This document shows, piece by piece, positions 9,814 through 20,629 of a stretch of DNA of 64,000 nt. Below the pieces are notes generated by a model. It saw nothing but the letters and a program-made list of their open reading frames with translations. It searched no databases and had not been told where the DNA came from. This stretch comes from Promethearchaeota archaeon (GTDB lineage Archaea; Asgardarchaeota; Lokiarchaeia; Sigyniarchaeales; SOKP01): NCBI GenBank assembly GCA_048938855.1, contig JBHLLT010000001.1:416124-480123 (forward strand), written 5' to 3'. The translations under genes and the position numbers were made by a program. Each line of letters starts with the position of its first letter. Position 1 is the stretch's first letter.

Positions 9814-10290
9814 TTAGATATTTTTAGTATTAATAATTACATTATCCACTTCAAAATATCTCAGAACTAGTTCTTTTATTTTTCTTATCATGGAGCCGTC
9901 TTTACCAATTGCTTTTCCACGATCTTGAGGTCTAACAGTTATAACAACAGTTTTCTTTAGGTTTCTATTTTCTTTGATTTCAATATTTTGAACCATTATT
10001 GTATTTTTTGTTGTTTGTAAGATATTTTGGATAAATTTATCTAACTTTTCTGAGAAAGCGATGACATCAATCTTCTTTTGGAGTTTAGATTTTAGGTCTT
10101 TAACATGTTCACCAGATTTTCCAATTGCTTTTCCAACATCTTCTTCTTTTACTAAAAAAATAATGATTTCAGAGCCATTTTCAGGAGATTTAAAGATAAG
10201 ACAATCTTTAATGATGGCACCAGAGATATTATTAAATAGGGAAATAAGTTCCATTGCTTCCCTGTCAATTTTTATATTTTTTTTTAACAT
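9814..10290 (-). CDS. nusA: Archaeal NusA (two KH domains)
   Basis: GKAIGKSG and GKAIGKDG; position between rpl30e and rps12. Confidence 0.93.
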   Translation of the reverse strand: MLKKNIKIDREAMELISLFNNISGAIIKDCLIFKSPENGSEIIIFLVKEEDVGKAIGKSGEHVKDLKSKLQKKIDVIAFSEKLDKFIQNILQTTKNTIMVQNIEIKENRNLKKTVVITVRPQDRGKAIGKDGSMIRKIKELVLRYFEVDNVIINTKNI

Positions 10291-10321
10291 GAAAAAATCA
10301 AGTCTCTACTGTTTGTTAATA

Positions 10322-10696
10322 TCATTTAGTTTTTAAAGTAATTAAATCTGAATCTCCAAAATCAATTACTCCTATAATAGAGATCATATAAGGTTTAGCA
10401 CATGCTAAACCTAAATCCCAACTTGAACCTTTATATTTATAAATAAAAAGTTTATCCTTAAGAAGATAATTGTGATTATCTAACTCATTAATCAAATCTG
10501 TTGGACAATTATTGCTGACAATTAACATTTTATAGGGATTTTCTCTTCGTAGACTCTTAAGAACTTGTTCCTTGCCAAAAATAATTTTACCAGTTTTATA
10601 AGCGACTTTGATATTGGTATCTACATCAAATTCTTTCGTTTTTTTCCTACTAAGATCTACTTTCTCAACGGAAGTTTTAGTTTTTCTTTTTGGCAT
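10322..10696 (-). CDS. rpl30e: 50S ribosomal protein eL30
   Basis: KTGKIIFG, SNNCP, GSSWDLGLACAKP, GDSD. Confidence 0.95.
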   Translation of the reverse strand: MPKRKTKTSVEKVDLSRKKTKEFDVDTNIKVAYKTGKIIFGKEQVLKSLRRENPYKMLIVSNNCPTDLINELDNHNYLLKDKLFIYKYKGSSWDLGLACAKPYMISIIGVIDFGDSDLITLKTK

Positions 10697-10803
10697 GATA
10701 TATTCAAACAGTTTCTATATAATAAGTAATAAGAACAATACTTTTTTAATTTTTTTAGGCACACTTAAGTTATTTCGTCTTAATTAAAAGTTTTCGATTG
10801 ATT

Positions 10804-12003
10804 TTATTTTTTTTTCTTCTTCCTTAATAAATCTAAATTAGCATCAAGATCAAACATTACATTAACACGGCCAGAACCTATTGGACTAATTTGTCCTACA
10901 ATTACATTTTCGGGAATGCCCAAAAGACGTTCTTCCTCACCATAGAGCCCTGCATCAAGAAGTTGATTGACGGTAACTTCAAAGGCAGCTCGTGCAAAAA
11001 CACTTGATTTTGATCCTGAGATTCCATGTCTTCCAATGGACTGAATTGATCCAGAATAACACATTAGATCAGCTAAGATTAGAAGATGCCTTAGATCTAC
11101 ATCTAATCCTTGTTGTTCAAGCACTTTTTGAGATTCTAATATGATCATTTGACGTGCTGCTTCAATCCCATACAATTTTTCTATTTCATGAATATGGTTT
11201 GAAACAGTTCTAGTTATGTCAACTCCTTCTATTTGAATGACACTTTGCATGTTCGTTCCTTCGGTTTTTATTATCCATTCTTCCCCATCATCTGAGGGTG
11301 TTAATAAACCTCTTTTTACACCTCTTATTCCTTTTACAACTTTCTTAAGAATCTTCTCCCTTAATTTTTGTAAACTTTGTAGATCTTCTATCCCTGGATC
11401 AATAATAATCGAATTTCCTTCGCGTCTTATCGTCCCTTTCTTCTTATAACGCTTTAAAATTTCAGGTATTTCATCAATATCAATTCCCTTTTTTTCACAA
11501 ATTTCAGGGATTAAATTTATAACTATATTCCAATTTACAAAATCTAAATCAATATCATGTATAATTTGTTCTATACGAATTTGCTCAATTCGATTATGTA
11601 CATCAATTGCTTTTTCTTCAGATTCTGAATATGGTTTTTCAAGATATACAGACATTTGTGGGGTACTTGGAAAACGACGCGCATCTACAATCTCAATTAG
11701 TCGAGGTAGTCCTTGGGTAACAGAGAATTCTTCTACTCCTGCATAATGAAAAGTTCTTAGAGTCATTTGGGTTCCAGGTTCACCAATTGATTGTGCTGCA
11801 ACTGTACCAACAGGTTCTGAAGTTTCTACAAGAGCATTATTAAAATTGATATAAATCTTATTTAAAAGGTATTCCAGTTGTTCTTCTTCCAAATCTTCAT
11901 CAATAACTTTATTTCTTATTTTAACAATTAAATCTTCAGGAATACCATCTTGTTTTAGTATTTGTAATTGATCATCTAATAATTTTGGATTAACTTTTAC
12001 CAT
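10804..12003 (-). CDS. rpoA2: RNA polymerase subunit A'' (Rpo1C)
   Basis: [42 protein letters not shown]. Confidence 0.98.
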   Translation of the reverse strand: MVKVNPKLLDDQLQILKQDGIPEDLIVKIRNKVIDEDLEEEQLEYLLNKIYINFNNALVETSEPVGTVAAQSIGEPGTQMTLRTFHYAGVEEFSVTQGLPRLIEIVDARRFPSTPQMSVYLEKPYSESEEKAIDVHNRIEQIRIEQIIHDIDLDFVNWNIVINLIPEICEKKGIDIDEIPEILKRYKKKGTIRREGNSIIIDPGIEDLQSLQKLREKILKKVVKGIRGVKRGLLTPSDDGEEWIIKTEGTNMQSVIQIEGVDITRTVSNHIHEIEKLYGIEAARQMIILESQKVLEQQGLDVDLRHLLILADLMCYSGSIQSIGRHGISGSKSSVFARAAFEVTVNQLLDAGLYGEEERLLGIPENVIVGQISPIGSGRVNVMFDLDANLDLLRKKKKK

Positions 12004-12033
12004 TTATATCTTCCTACACGTTCAAAAATTATT

Positions 12034-14961
12034 TTATTTATTTTGGTTTTCTTTCCATTCTTTATAAGCGTTGGTTTCTTTACCACGCCATATTGCCTTT
12101 TTTCCTGTTTCTTCTTCAAATTTTTGTTGTAAAGTTTCTTCATCAATTACTTTTTCAGCTGATTTTTTAGCAGATTCAACTTTTTTTGCTGGTTTTTTCT
12201 CAGAATCTATTTTTTCCTTAGATGTGGCTTTTTTTGAGGATGAGCTTTTTTTAATCTCTTCTCGTACCTCATTAACATTAAGAGCTTTTGCTTTTAGTAA
12301 CAAAACATCTAGATTCACTGCAGCACCATGATCAGTGTGCATTGCATCAATGCCATCGTCTCCAAAACAGAATTGAATGACATTTTTATCAGAGTTTCTC
12401 ACAGTACCATCATTTTCTACCACCATGTCCTGTAAAGCATTTACTAATCTGCGTTGCATATATCCAGATGTGGAGGTTCTTACAGCTGTATCAACTAATC
12501 CTTCTCTTCCTCCCATTGCATGAAAGAAGAATTCCACGGGTTTTAATCCATTTCTATACGAGGAAGAAACAAAACCTCTAGATTTAGGAGAGAGATCATT
12601 TATTTTAAAATGAGGAAGTGTTCTCATACTATATCCTCTATTAATTCTCTCCCCTCTGATTGCTTGTTGTCCTACCACAGCAGACATTTGTCCAAGATTT
12701 AATATGTTCCCTCTCGCTCCAGATTTAGTCATAATAACTGAATGAGCTTCATCTCCAATGAATTCAGCTGCAGTTTCTTCTGCTTTTTTTCTAGCCTCTG
12801 CTAATACTTGTCGGATTCTTAACTCCAGTGTTTCTCTCATTGAACGACCGGGAGCTCTTCGAAGGATTGTTGTATCATCCTCATAAAATGCTTTAATTAA
12901 TCTTTCAGATTCTTTATTTGCTTCCTTTAATATATTTTGGATAGCTTCATATGCATGCCCATGAACATAAACTTCATCAAGCCCCATTGTCATTCCATTC
13001 TGCCGAATAACATATAAAAGCATTTTTGTAGCGCTATCCAAAAATTTCCTACCTGTTGCATTACCATGATCCTTAATAATTCGTTGTAAAATACTATTGG
13101 ATTGCATAGCACCAAAAGAATTTTCATCAATAGTGCCTGTTATTAAATGTCCATTTCTGATTACAACATAAGCATCATATGGGCAGTTTTCTTCCTCACA
13201 TACTTCACATTTTTTACAGAATTTTGATTTAACTTTTATATTGAGATCATCTGGAAATAAAGTACTGAATATGTCCTTTCCAGAATACATTGGTTCTGGA
13301 TCAACAACTACAGGAATAAGTTGTTCCAAACTAAAATTAGGATGGTTTTCGAAAACATCACCAATATATAATAATTTTAAAGTGTCCATTTTAGTATATA
13401 AAGAATCTTTACTGGTAAATTGGAAAACACTTGAGATAAAATCCTGGATGCCACCTAAAATTGGACCACCAAATCTTGGAGATAATATATGTTCTTGAAC
13501 TTTTAGAAGCAGTTCTGCTTCTGTTCGAGCTTCTTCACTTTGAGGCACATGTAAATTCATTTCATCTCCATCAAAATCAGCGTTATATGGGGGACATACA
13601 GTTAAATTTAAGCGGAATGTTCTTCCTTCCATTATTTTTACTTCATGAGCCATTATTGACATTCGATGAAGAGAAGGTTGACGGTTAAATAAAACTAGAT
13701 CTCCGTTGTTTAAATGACGTTCAATTGTAAAACCGGGTGCAAGCATGTCTGCTATAATTTTTCTGTTTTTTACATATCGCAGGTCAATCCTTCTACGATC
13801 ATTCCGAATAATATAATTAGCTCCAGGATGTTTAAATGGTCCATTTAATACCATCTGTTTCATTTCTTCAATATTCCAATCATTAACATTAGTAGGAATA
13901 GTTAATATTTTAGCGATTTCTATAGGAACACCTACTTCATTAATACTAATATAAGGATTTGGAGATATTACACTACGAGCTGAGAAATCAACTCTTTTTC
14001 CACTTAAATTGCTTCTAAACCTGCCTTCTTTACCTTTTAATCTCTGAGTTAAAGTTCTAAGTGCTCTACCTGATCGATGTCTAGCTGGAGGTATACCTGA
14101 CACTTGATTATCAAAATATGTAGTGATATGATATTGCAATAATTCCCAAAGGTCTTCAACTATTAGATGAGGGGCTCCAGCATCAATATTTTCTCTTAAT
14201 CTTTGGTTAATTCTAATAACATCAACTAATTTATGTGTTAAATCATCTTCAGAGCGAATACCACTATCCAATGTAATAGAGGGTCTAGCACACACAGGGG
14301 GTATTGGCAATACGGTAAAAATAACCCATTCAAGACGAGCATTCTCGGGGGAAATACCAAGGATCCTAAGATCAACATCACTCATCTTTTTTAAACGTTC
14401 TAAAATCTCAATAGGAGTTATTCTTCGCGATCCTTTTCCTTCTTCTTCTTCGTAAAAAGTCGTTGGTTTTTCAATAATAATTTTTTTCTTTTTTGCTTCA
14501 CAATAAGGGCAAGTTTTTGCTTTTCTTGCTCGTTTAAAGACAATTTTTGCAGCATCTTCATCTCCTTCGAAAAAGATTTTTCGATGCTTAATCTGTTCTT
14601 CTCTGAACTTATCCTTTTCGTCTTCTGTAAGCATTAACCGAGAACATTCTGGACATATACTTCTCAATACTTTTAAAACTTTTTTGGCATAACCTACATG
14701 AATAACTGGTCGAGCTAATTCAATATGTCCGAAGTGTCCCATACAATTACTTACAAGATTGCCACATGTTTGACAGCGTTGACCTGGCTCGATTGTGCCC
14801 AATCGTTGATCCATTAATCCAGAAGGTATAGGTAATCCATCTTCATCATAAGTGTCAGCTGTTATTATTCTTGCTGCTGACATTTTACGGATCTCATCCG
14901 GGCTCAAAAGGCCAAATTTGATTTTTTCAATCATTTTTGTTCTTGAAAACGTATAGCTCAT
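12034..14961 (-). CDS. rpoA1: RNA polymerase subunit A' (Rpo1N)
   Basis: NADFDGD active site, FNRQPSLH, GHFGHIELA, GGREGLVDTAVRT. Confidence 0.99.
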   Translation of the reverse strand: MSYTFSRTKMIEKIKFGLLSPDEIRKMSAARIITADTYDEDGLPIPSGLMDQRLGTIEPGQRCQTCGNLVSNCMGHFGHIELARPVIHVGYAKKVLKVLRSICPECSRLMLTEDEKDKFREEQIKHRKIFFEGDEDAAKIVFKRARKAKTCPYCEAKKKKIIIEKPTTFYEEEEGKGSRRITPIEILERLKKMSDVDLRILGISPENARLEWVIFTVLPIPPVCARPSITLDSGIRSEDDLTHKLVDVIRINQRLRENIDAGAPHLIVEDLWELLQYHITTYFDNQVSGIPPARHRSGRALRTLTQRLKGKEGRFRSNLSGKRVDFSARSVISPNPYISINEVGVPIEIAKILTIPTNVNDWNIEEMKQMVLNGPFKHPGANYIIRNDRRRIDLRYVKNRKIIADMLAPGFTIERHLNNGDLVLFNRQPSLHRMSIMAHEVKIMEGRTFRLNLTVCPPYNADFDGDEMNLHVPQSEEARTEAELLLKVQEHILSPRFGGPILGGIQDFISSVFQFTSKDSLYTKMDTLKLLYIGDVFENHPNFSLEQLIPVVVDPEPMYSGKDIFSTLFPDDLNIKVKSKFCKKCEVCEEENCPYDAYVVIRNGHLITGTIDENSFGAMQSNSILQRIIKDHGNATGRKFLDSATKMLLYVIRQNGMTMGLDEVYVHGHAYEAIQNILKEANKESERLIKAFYEDDTTILRRAPGRSMRETLELRIRQVLAEARKKAEETAAEFIGDEAHSVIMTKSGARGNILNLGQMSAVVGQQAIRGERINRGYSMRTLPHFKINDLSPKSRGFVSSSYRNGLKPVEFFFHAMGGREGLVDTAVRTSTSGYMQRRLVNALQDMVVENDGTVRNSDKNVIQFCFGDDGIDAMHTDHGAAVNLDVLLLKAKALNVNEVREEIKKSSSSKKATSKEKIDSEKKPAKKVESAKKSAEKVIDEETLQQKFEEETGKKAIWRGKETNAYKEWKENQNK

Positions 14962-15243
14962 AAGTTAAAAACCTCTAAAAAAATACTTATATAATCTGAA
15001 GAAGAAGTACAAATCATGGGAGAAAACATCCTTTATAATGGTTATAATGTGCTATATTTAAAAAATAAGAATACGAGTCTTCCACTGTATATTAATTAAG
15101 GTAGCAATTTTTAAAAATTTTACTATTTTGGGCATTTCAAATAGAAATCTTTATACAATCAAGATACCAAATTTTATTTAATACCTAAATTTAAGATAAG
15201 GATTTGGAAGAGTTTAATTTTTTGAAATATTTAGTAAACATAA

Positions 15244-15861
15244 ATGAAAATAATTGAAATTATTAGAAGTAGGATTGTTCTTTTTATAATTCAAATATCA
15301 ATTTTATTTTTAATAATACAACTCTTAGGATATAAATTCGATTTAAATCTTTTATCAATCCACCGACCTGATAACACTACAGACGTGCAAATAGGTATAA
15401 TTGAGTGGTTGGTCACCTATCTTATGTATCAAGAATTGACAGAGTTAATTTTTATATTTATAATCTGGATTTTAATATCTACAATTCCAATAATTATCTA
15501 TAATAATTATAGAAAAGCGTATTCTATGAATTTAATGACATTTTTCTTTCCCAATTTCTTTTTTTATGTTTTTCTTTTTAACTATTATCAACCATATTTC
15601 AGTATTTATTTCCTCGCCCTTTTTATAAAAACTGTAATGCTTGGAACAACAATTATACTATATTCAATTGGTCTTTCTTTAATTTTAAAGAAGATTCTAG
15701 ATTTTAGAGGCGAAAAAAAAGGTATAGATTTAAGTGAAATTGCTAGTTCGGGAAAATTAATTTGCCCAAAATGTGGAGTTGAGTTTGAATCTATTCCAAA
15801 AGTATGTTATAATTGTAACACTGATTTAACAGTAAAAAGTGAAAACACAGTTGGAAAATGA
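15244..15861 (+). CDS. Membrane protein with C-terminal zinc ribbon
   Basis: Several TM segments; CPKC...CYNC. Confidence 0.75.
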   Translation: MKIIEIIRSRIVLFIIQISILFLIIQLLGYKFDLNLLSIHRPDNTTDVQIGIIEWLVTYLMYQELTELIFIFIIWILISTIPIIIYNNYRKAYSMNLMTFFFPNFFFYVFLFNYYQPYFSIYFLALFIKTVMLGTTIILYSIGLSLILKKILDFRGEKKGIDLSEIASSGKLICPKCGVEFESIPKVCYNCNTDLTVKSENTVGK

Positions 15862-15870
15862 GTCTAATCA

Positions 15871-16836
15871 ATGCTAGGAGAACTCGTCGCAATTTCAGCA
15901 GTACTTACATTTGTTGTGTCTAATGTTATTTTTCGTAAAACGGAAAAAGAAGTAAGTCCAATTTACATTAACTTTTTTCGAACTGCAATAGGAACTCTAA
16001 CATTTTTCTTGATTGGACTATTTTTAAATCAGTTTACTCTTATTTTTATTATTCCTTGGCAATTATGGATTTTATTGATTATAAGTTTTGTATTTGGTCA
16101 AGTTATTGGAGATACTGCATATTTTGTTGCTCAAAAAGAACTAGGTACCACGATAGCTCTTGCAATTTCAATGACATTTCCTCTTTTTACCTTTATATTA
16201 TCTTTAATATTTCTTAATCACCTATTTAAGCTCAATTTAGTATTTTCTCTAATTTTAATTGGTTTTGGAGTAATAATAATAGGAAAATCTAAGAACAAGT
16301 CTAAGAATGTAAAACAGGATGACAATTTTCTCCAAGATCAATCTAAACAGGAAAAGGTAAAGCAGAAATATATTAAAGCGATTGGGTTTTGTTTTACGGC
16401 TTCTTTAGGGTGGGCTATTGGTGCAGTTTTAATTGAATATGCAACTGATCAAATAGATCAGATTATTCTCATTAAAGAATTAAGTTCTATTATAGGAAAT
16501 ATAATTAGATTCCCTTTTGCGTTGATGATTTTAGGTTCAATGGTATTAAGGGAAAAAATTTTAACAAAAAAAAATAATAATGTTTTTTTTAAAAAGATTT
16601 CAGCAATGTCATGGGTATATTTATTAGTTGCTTCTTTAATTGGGACATCATTAGGAGCATATCTATATACTGAGTCAGTACATATTGCAGGAGCTAATGT
16701 AGTCTCATTAATAGCGACTACAAGCCCATTATTCGCCCTTCCATTGACATTCTTTATAAATAAAGAGAAAATATCTAGATTCGGTCTTATTGGAGTTATA
16801 TTAACTATTTTAGGTGTAGTTATTATTTTAATATAA
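15871..16836 (+). CDS. DMT/EamA family transporter
   Basis: Two 5-TM repeats, GQVIGD..YF, PLF..L.F..E.I. Confidence 0.9.
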   Translation: MLGELVAISAVLTFVVSNVIFRKTEKEVSPIYINFFRTAIGTLTFFLIGLFLNQFTLIFIIPWQLWILLIISFVFGQVIGDTAYFVAQKELGTTIALAISMTFPLFTFILSLIFLNHLFKLNLVFSLILIGFGVIIIGKSKNKSKNVKQDDNFLQDQSKQEKVKQKYIKAIGFCFTASLGWAIGAVLIEYATDQIDQIILIKELSSIIGNIIRFPFALMILGSMVLREKILTKKNNNVFFKKISAMSWVYLLVASLIGTSLGAYLYTESVHIAGANVVSLIATTSPLFALPLTFFINKEKISRFGLIGVILTILGVVIILI

Positions 16837-16847
16837 TTTAAATTAGA

Positions 16848-17927
16848 CTATTCGAAATATTGTTCAAATAGTTTTATTTCTTCTGAAATTTTTTTTAATT
16901 CTAATAATTCTGCTTCTGTCGGGGGATCTTCTTCATAAATATCATAGAGTTTTAACTTTAGGCTTTTTCTCACTTGCTTTTCTAATTTATTGATCTTTTG
17001 TTTTGTTGCGAAATACTTTATCATTTTAAATTTCAATTTAGTAATTTTTTTCTCCCATTCTTTAGTAAATTCCCCGCTTTGAATTTCTTTTAAAATTGTT
17101 TCGAATTTATTACGAAGGGGGAGTTTCCTAAACCTTATTCCTCTACTCATAGCGCCATATTGACTTGTCTGAGAATGGAAATCTACCTGCTTAACTAGTC
17201 CTACATCTGCCATTTTTTTATATGTATAGGACATTTCATTGCTCATATACATTTCAATTAATACCGCTTCTGGAGGATAACCTGCATCAATTAAAGTATA
17301 AATACTTGATAATAAAACTCTTCCAAAAGCAGGTCCAAACCCTTGTTCATTAAATAAATCTAATTCGGCTTCTTGTTTAAAAGTCAACATTATTGCTCCC
17401 TTTCTTAAAGTTCCAATTCCTTTAGCTAAAGCGAGTAAAATCTGTTTTGCTTGCCCTGAAGCATCTTGATCAATAGCAACAAAACTAAAATAACCTATAT
17501 CTCTCAGAAAGTTCTCTCTAACGCCTACTCCAATCATTCTAGGAGCGATTAATATAATATCTATATCTTCTGGAGGCTTTAGTAAGTCGAAACCAATATT
17601 ATACCCACTAGCAAACACAATTGCGGATTTTGGCTTTAAATTAGGTTTAATATTACTCTCAAATACGTCATTCATTATCTCATCTGGAAGAAGCAAAAAG
17701 ATTATATCAGACTTTTCTGTTGCTTCTTGGATTGTAAAAACAGAAAAATTATCATGTAAAGCTATATTCTTGTATCGATCTTCAACATTCCCTACAATAA
17801 CATTTAACCCTGAATCTCTCAAATTAAGAGCTTGTGCTCTACCTTGGTTTCCATACCCTATGATCCCTATTGTTTTATCTTTCAGTATTGAGAGATCTCC
17901 ATCGTTATCATGAAAAACGTCAACCAT
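16848..17927 (-). CDS. ilvC: Ketol-acid reductoisomerase (class I)
   Basis: IIGYGNQGRAQALNLRDSG, LLPDE, EAELDLFNEQ, HSQTSQYG. Confidence 0.92.
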   Translation of the reverse strand: MVDVFHDNDGDLSILKDKTIGIIGYGNQGRAQALNLRDSGLNVIVGNVEDRYKNIALHDNFSVFTIQEATEKSDIIFLLLPDEIMNDVFESNIKPNLKPKSAIVFASGYNIGFDLLKPPEDIDIILIAPRMIGVGVRENFLRDIGYFSFVAIDQDASGQAKQILLALAKGIGTLRKGAIMLTFKQEAELDLFNEQGFGPAFGRVLLSSIYTLIDAGYPPEAVLIEMYMSNEMSYTYKKMADVGLVKQVDFHSQTSQYGAMSRGIRFRKLPLRNKFETILKEIQSGEFTKEWEKKITKLKFKMIKYFATKQKINKLEKQVRKSLKLKLYDIYEEDPPTEAELLELKKISEEIKLFEQYFE

Positions 17928-17997
17928 ATTAAAACCACATCATAAATTATCTAAAGTCTATATATAAGCCTAAAAAAATTCAAAATATATAATTTCT

Positions 17998-18606
17998 TTA
18001 TGGTATTTTATCAAAATCTAATTTATTTTTCTCTAATATTTTAACAACAAGGTTTTTAAATACTACGTCAATATTGTAATTTTCTTTTGAAGAAGTTTTA
18101 TAAAAATCCTTCTCATCATGTCTTTCCATGAATCTTTTAACTACTAAATCATCTACTTTAGATTTCTCATCAGCATTTTTCACTAGATCATTCTTAGCTC
18201 CAATACACATTCTTGGAGTGTCTCCATGATTATAATCTCCTAATTTTTCATACCACCAATCTAATCTTAATAATGTTTGAAGATTGATTAGATCAAAAAC
18301 CATAAAAATTCCATTCGCACCATTAATATAATATGGAAACAACTTTTTGAATTGTTCTCGTCCACCAAAATCCCATATACTCAGTCGTACAAAAGAGTCT
18401 TCACCATTAACAATTATAGGTATATCTTTTGTGTAAAATTCGATTCCTAAAGTTTCTTTAGTATTTACATCAAAGGTATCAAAACACAACCTTTTTGCAA
18501 TGCAAGTCTTCCCTACCCGTTCCTGACCTAAAATTGTGATTTTAAAGATATATGATGGCTTTCCTTTAATATTCAACTCAGAAAGAGTATTTATAGGCTC
18601 ATGCAT
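17998..18606 (-). CDS. Rab/Roc-like small GTPase
   Basis: G1 GQERVGKT, G2 TLGIEF, G3 WDFGG, G4 AKND, G5 TSSK. Confidence 0.9.
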   Translation of the reverse strand: MHEPINTLSELNIKGKPSYIFKITILGQERVGKTCIAKRLCFDTFDVNTKETLGIEFYTKDIPIIVNGEDSFVRLSIWDFGGREQFKKLFPYYINGANGIFMVFDLINLQTLLRLDWWYEKLGDYNHGDTPRMCIGAKNDLVKNADEKSKVDDLVVKRFMERHDEKDFYKTSSKENYNIDVVFKNLVVKILEKNKLDFDKIP

Positions 18607-18734
18607 GGCGTTAAAAGATAAATTAAATTTATAAAAATATAAGTTTATTATTTAAAAATAAAAGCTGTATTTTATAGGTTATGAACATTTAAAAATAATT
18701 TAATGTTGAGAAGCAAAAAGCCTTATAACATTTC

Positions 18735-19805
18735 TTAAGATTTAATGATATTAGAAAAAGCTTTCAATTTCAATATTCCTTCTGATAAAATTTCGACATA
18801 GGAAGGCTGCACATGTTGCCAAGCACCATCATTTATTATTTCTACTCTTCGATTATTAATATTTCCATAAGCAATTCCACTGTGGTGAGAATGACCATAT
18901 ATTAGATGATTAATATTTGAAAAATCATAATTATTTTCTTCTAAAAATGCCTTGATTTCATCAAAATAATAATCTGGTTTACTTGCATGATGCCATCGCT
19001 TCATTACACGCATGTTCGCTTTAATTAAATTAAATTCAATATTACTCATTGTTGCAAATAAGTTATTGACAAATTCAAATGATTTATTTTTTAACTTAGC
19101 TAATTCAAATTTCATCAATTCATAAGTAATGGGTTTAATTTTTCTTCCATTCTTTATTATATAATTCCAAAAATAATCATAAGTCTCCTTTACTCCAAAA
19201 TTCTCATTGATAATTAGTGATTTCCATATTTGCCCTATAAAGAATCTATATACTTCACTATCAAACTGATACCCATGCGTCATAAGACATTCATAATCGT
19301 TATCTAAATCAAATCCCTTAATTTTTACTTGGTTAAGAGGATTAGCTCCAATTTCCTTTCTCTCATCGTACAATAAAAGTGTGTCCTCATTATTCCATTT
19401 TTTTAAGACTAGATATTGACTACACCATTCTTTATCAAAAATTTCGTTGTAATCAGTATTGTCAAACCTTTTTAAAAATCTTTCTTTTCGACGAAAAAAT
19501 TTCTCATCGTAATCTCCAGTAACAGGGATTTCATGATTTCCAAGTACTAAAATGAGATTAAATTTCTTTTTAATTTCTAATAATGTATTTAAAATTTCTT
19601 GGACTTTTTCTCTTTTTAATAGAGTTTCTATAACATCGGTACATAAATCAATAAAATCCCCTAAAATTATTAGCGCTTGAACCTTACTTCCATACTCTCC
19701 ATTCACAATACCGTTTAAAAATTGTAAAAATAACTCCCTTTCACAATCCAAAGAACCTAGATGAATGTCGGATACTACTAAGAGTTTAGAATTAATTTCT
19801 ATCAT
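18735..19805 (-). CDS. Calcineurin-like metallophosphoesterase (LpxH-like)
   Basis: SDIHLG, LGDFID, GNHE, THG, GHSH. Confidence 0.9.
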   Translation of the reverse strand: MIEINSKLLVVSDIHLGSLDCERELFLQFLNGIVNGEYGSKVQALIILGDFIDLCTDVIETLLKREKVQEILNTLLEIKKKFNLILVLGNHEIPVTGDYDEKFFRRKERFLKRFDNTDYNEIFDKEWCSQYLVLKKWNNEDTLLLYDERKEIGANPLNQVKIKGFDLDNDYECLMTHGYQFDSEVYRFFIGQIWKSLIINENFGVKETYDYFWNYIIKNGRKIKPITYELMKFELAKLKNKSFEFVNNLFATMSNIEFNLIKANMRVMKRWHHASKPDYYFDEIKAFLEENNYDFSNINHLIYGHSHHSGIAYGNINNRRVEIINDGAWQHVQPSYVEILSEGILKLKAFSNIIKS

Positions 19806-19865
19806 TTCTAAAAATGTAAAATTAATATTTTATATTTATATTTGGTTAAAATAAAATATAATGCA

Positions 19866-19895
19866 AGTAATAAGTAAATTCGCTACAATTTTAAT
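19866..19895 (+). repeat. 30-bp direct repeat, copy 1
   Basis: AGTAATAAGTAAATTCGCTACAATTTTAAT; 29/30 identical to 20600-20629. Confidence 0.9.
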
Positions 19896-19905
19896 AAAGT
19901 ATATA

Positions 19906-20538
19906 ATGAATATAGAAAATAAAATGAAACACTTAGACCAGTTAAAAAAAAAGGGAGTGAATGAAATGAGGGAAATTTTAGAAGATTTTACAAGTCCTGA
20001 CAAAATATTTCACCTCTCTATTGTAATGAGTGAAGATATTGAAATTGAGCTATTCAGAAAATGGGTTTCTTCTTTTGGGGAAAGTTACATCAAATCTGTA
20101 GGCGTTGAGCCTTATAGTAAAAATGTAGAAATTGATGGAAAAAACATAAAGTTAGTATTGCGATTATGTTCTTTAGAAGCAAGATTTTTTAGTATTGTTG
20201 AAGGTGTTATGAGAAATTTGCCATTAATTTTACTCTATAATGTCAGCAATAACAAAACTTTAAACAAATTACTTGAGAATCAATTTATCAAAAATCTAAA
20301 ACAAGATGTACCAATTTTATTAGTAGGAAATAAATCAACTTTAGAACAAAATAGAGAGGTTTCAAAAGAACAAATAGAAATGCTAAAAGAACAGTACAAT
20401 ATTTTAGCTTCTATGGAGATATCTTTAAACACAGGAGAAAATGTAGAAGAAATGTTTAGGACAACAGCAAAAATTCTATTGAAAGAATGTGAGGAAAGAA
20501 AGAAAAAAAAGAAAGGAAGAAAGAAAAGAAAGAAATAA
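19906..20538 (+). CDS. Degenerate Rab-like small GTPase (pseudo-GTPase) with polybasic tail; exact start uncertain
   Basis: YIKSVGVE, IDGKNIKL, PILLVGNKST, EISLNTGENVEEMF retained; P-loop and DxxG lost. Confidence 0.8.
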   Translation: MNIENKMKHLDQLKKKGVNEMREILEDFTSPDKIFHLSIVMSEDIEIELFRKWVSSFGESYIKSVGVEPYSKNVEIDGKNIKLVLRLCSLEARFFSIVEGVMRNLPLILLYNVSNNKTLNKLLENQFIKNLKQDVPILLVGNKSTLEQNREVSKEQIEMLKEQYNILASMEISLNTGENVEEMFRTTAKILLKECEERKKKKKGRKKRKK

Positions 20539-20599
20539 ATAGAATTTATAAAAAAATATCTTGTTTTGAATCCTTCTCCTCCCTAATTGAATTTTTTAT

Positions 20600-20629
20600 A
20601 GTAATAAGTAAATTCGCTATAATTTTAAT
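20600..20629 (+). repeat. 30-bp direct repeat, copy 2
   Basis: AGTAATAAGTAAATTCGCTATAATTTTAAT. Confidence 0.9.

Noticed and set aside
19861-19905. ORF-track start of the pseudo-GTPase at 19861
   Set aside because: This segment is the non-coding-like 30-bp repeat/promoter region; a downstream ATG is more plausible
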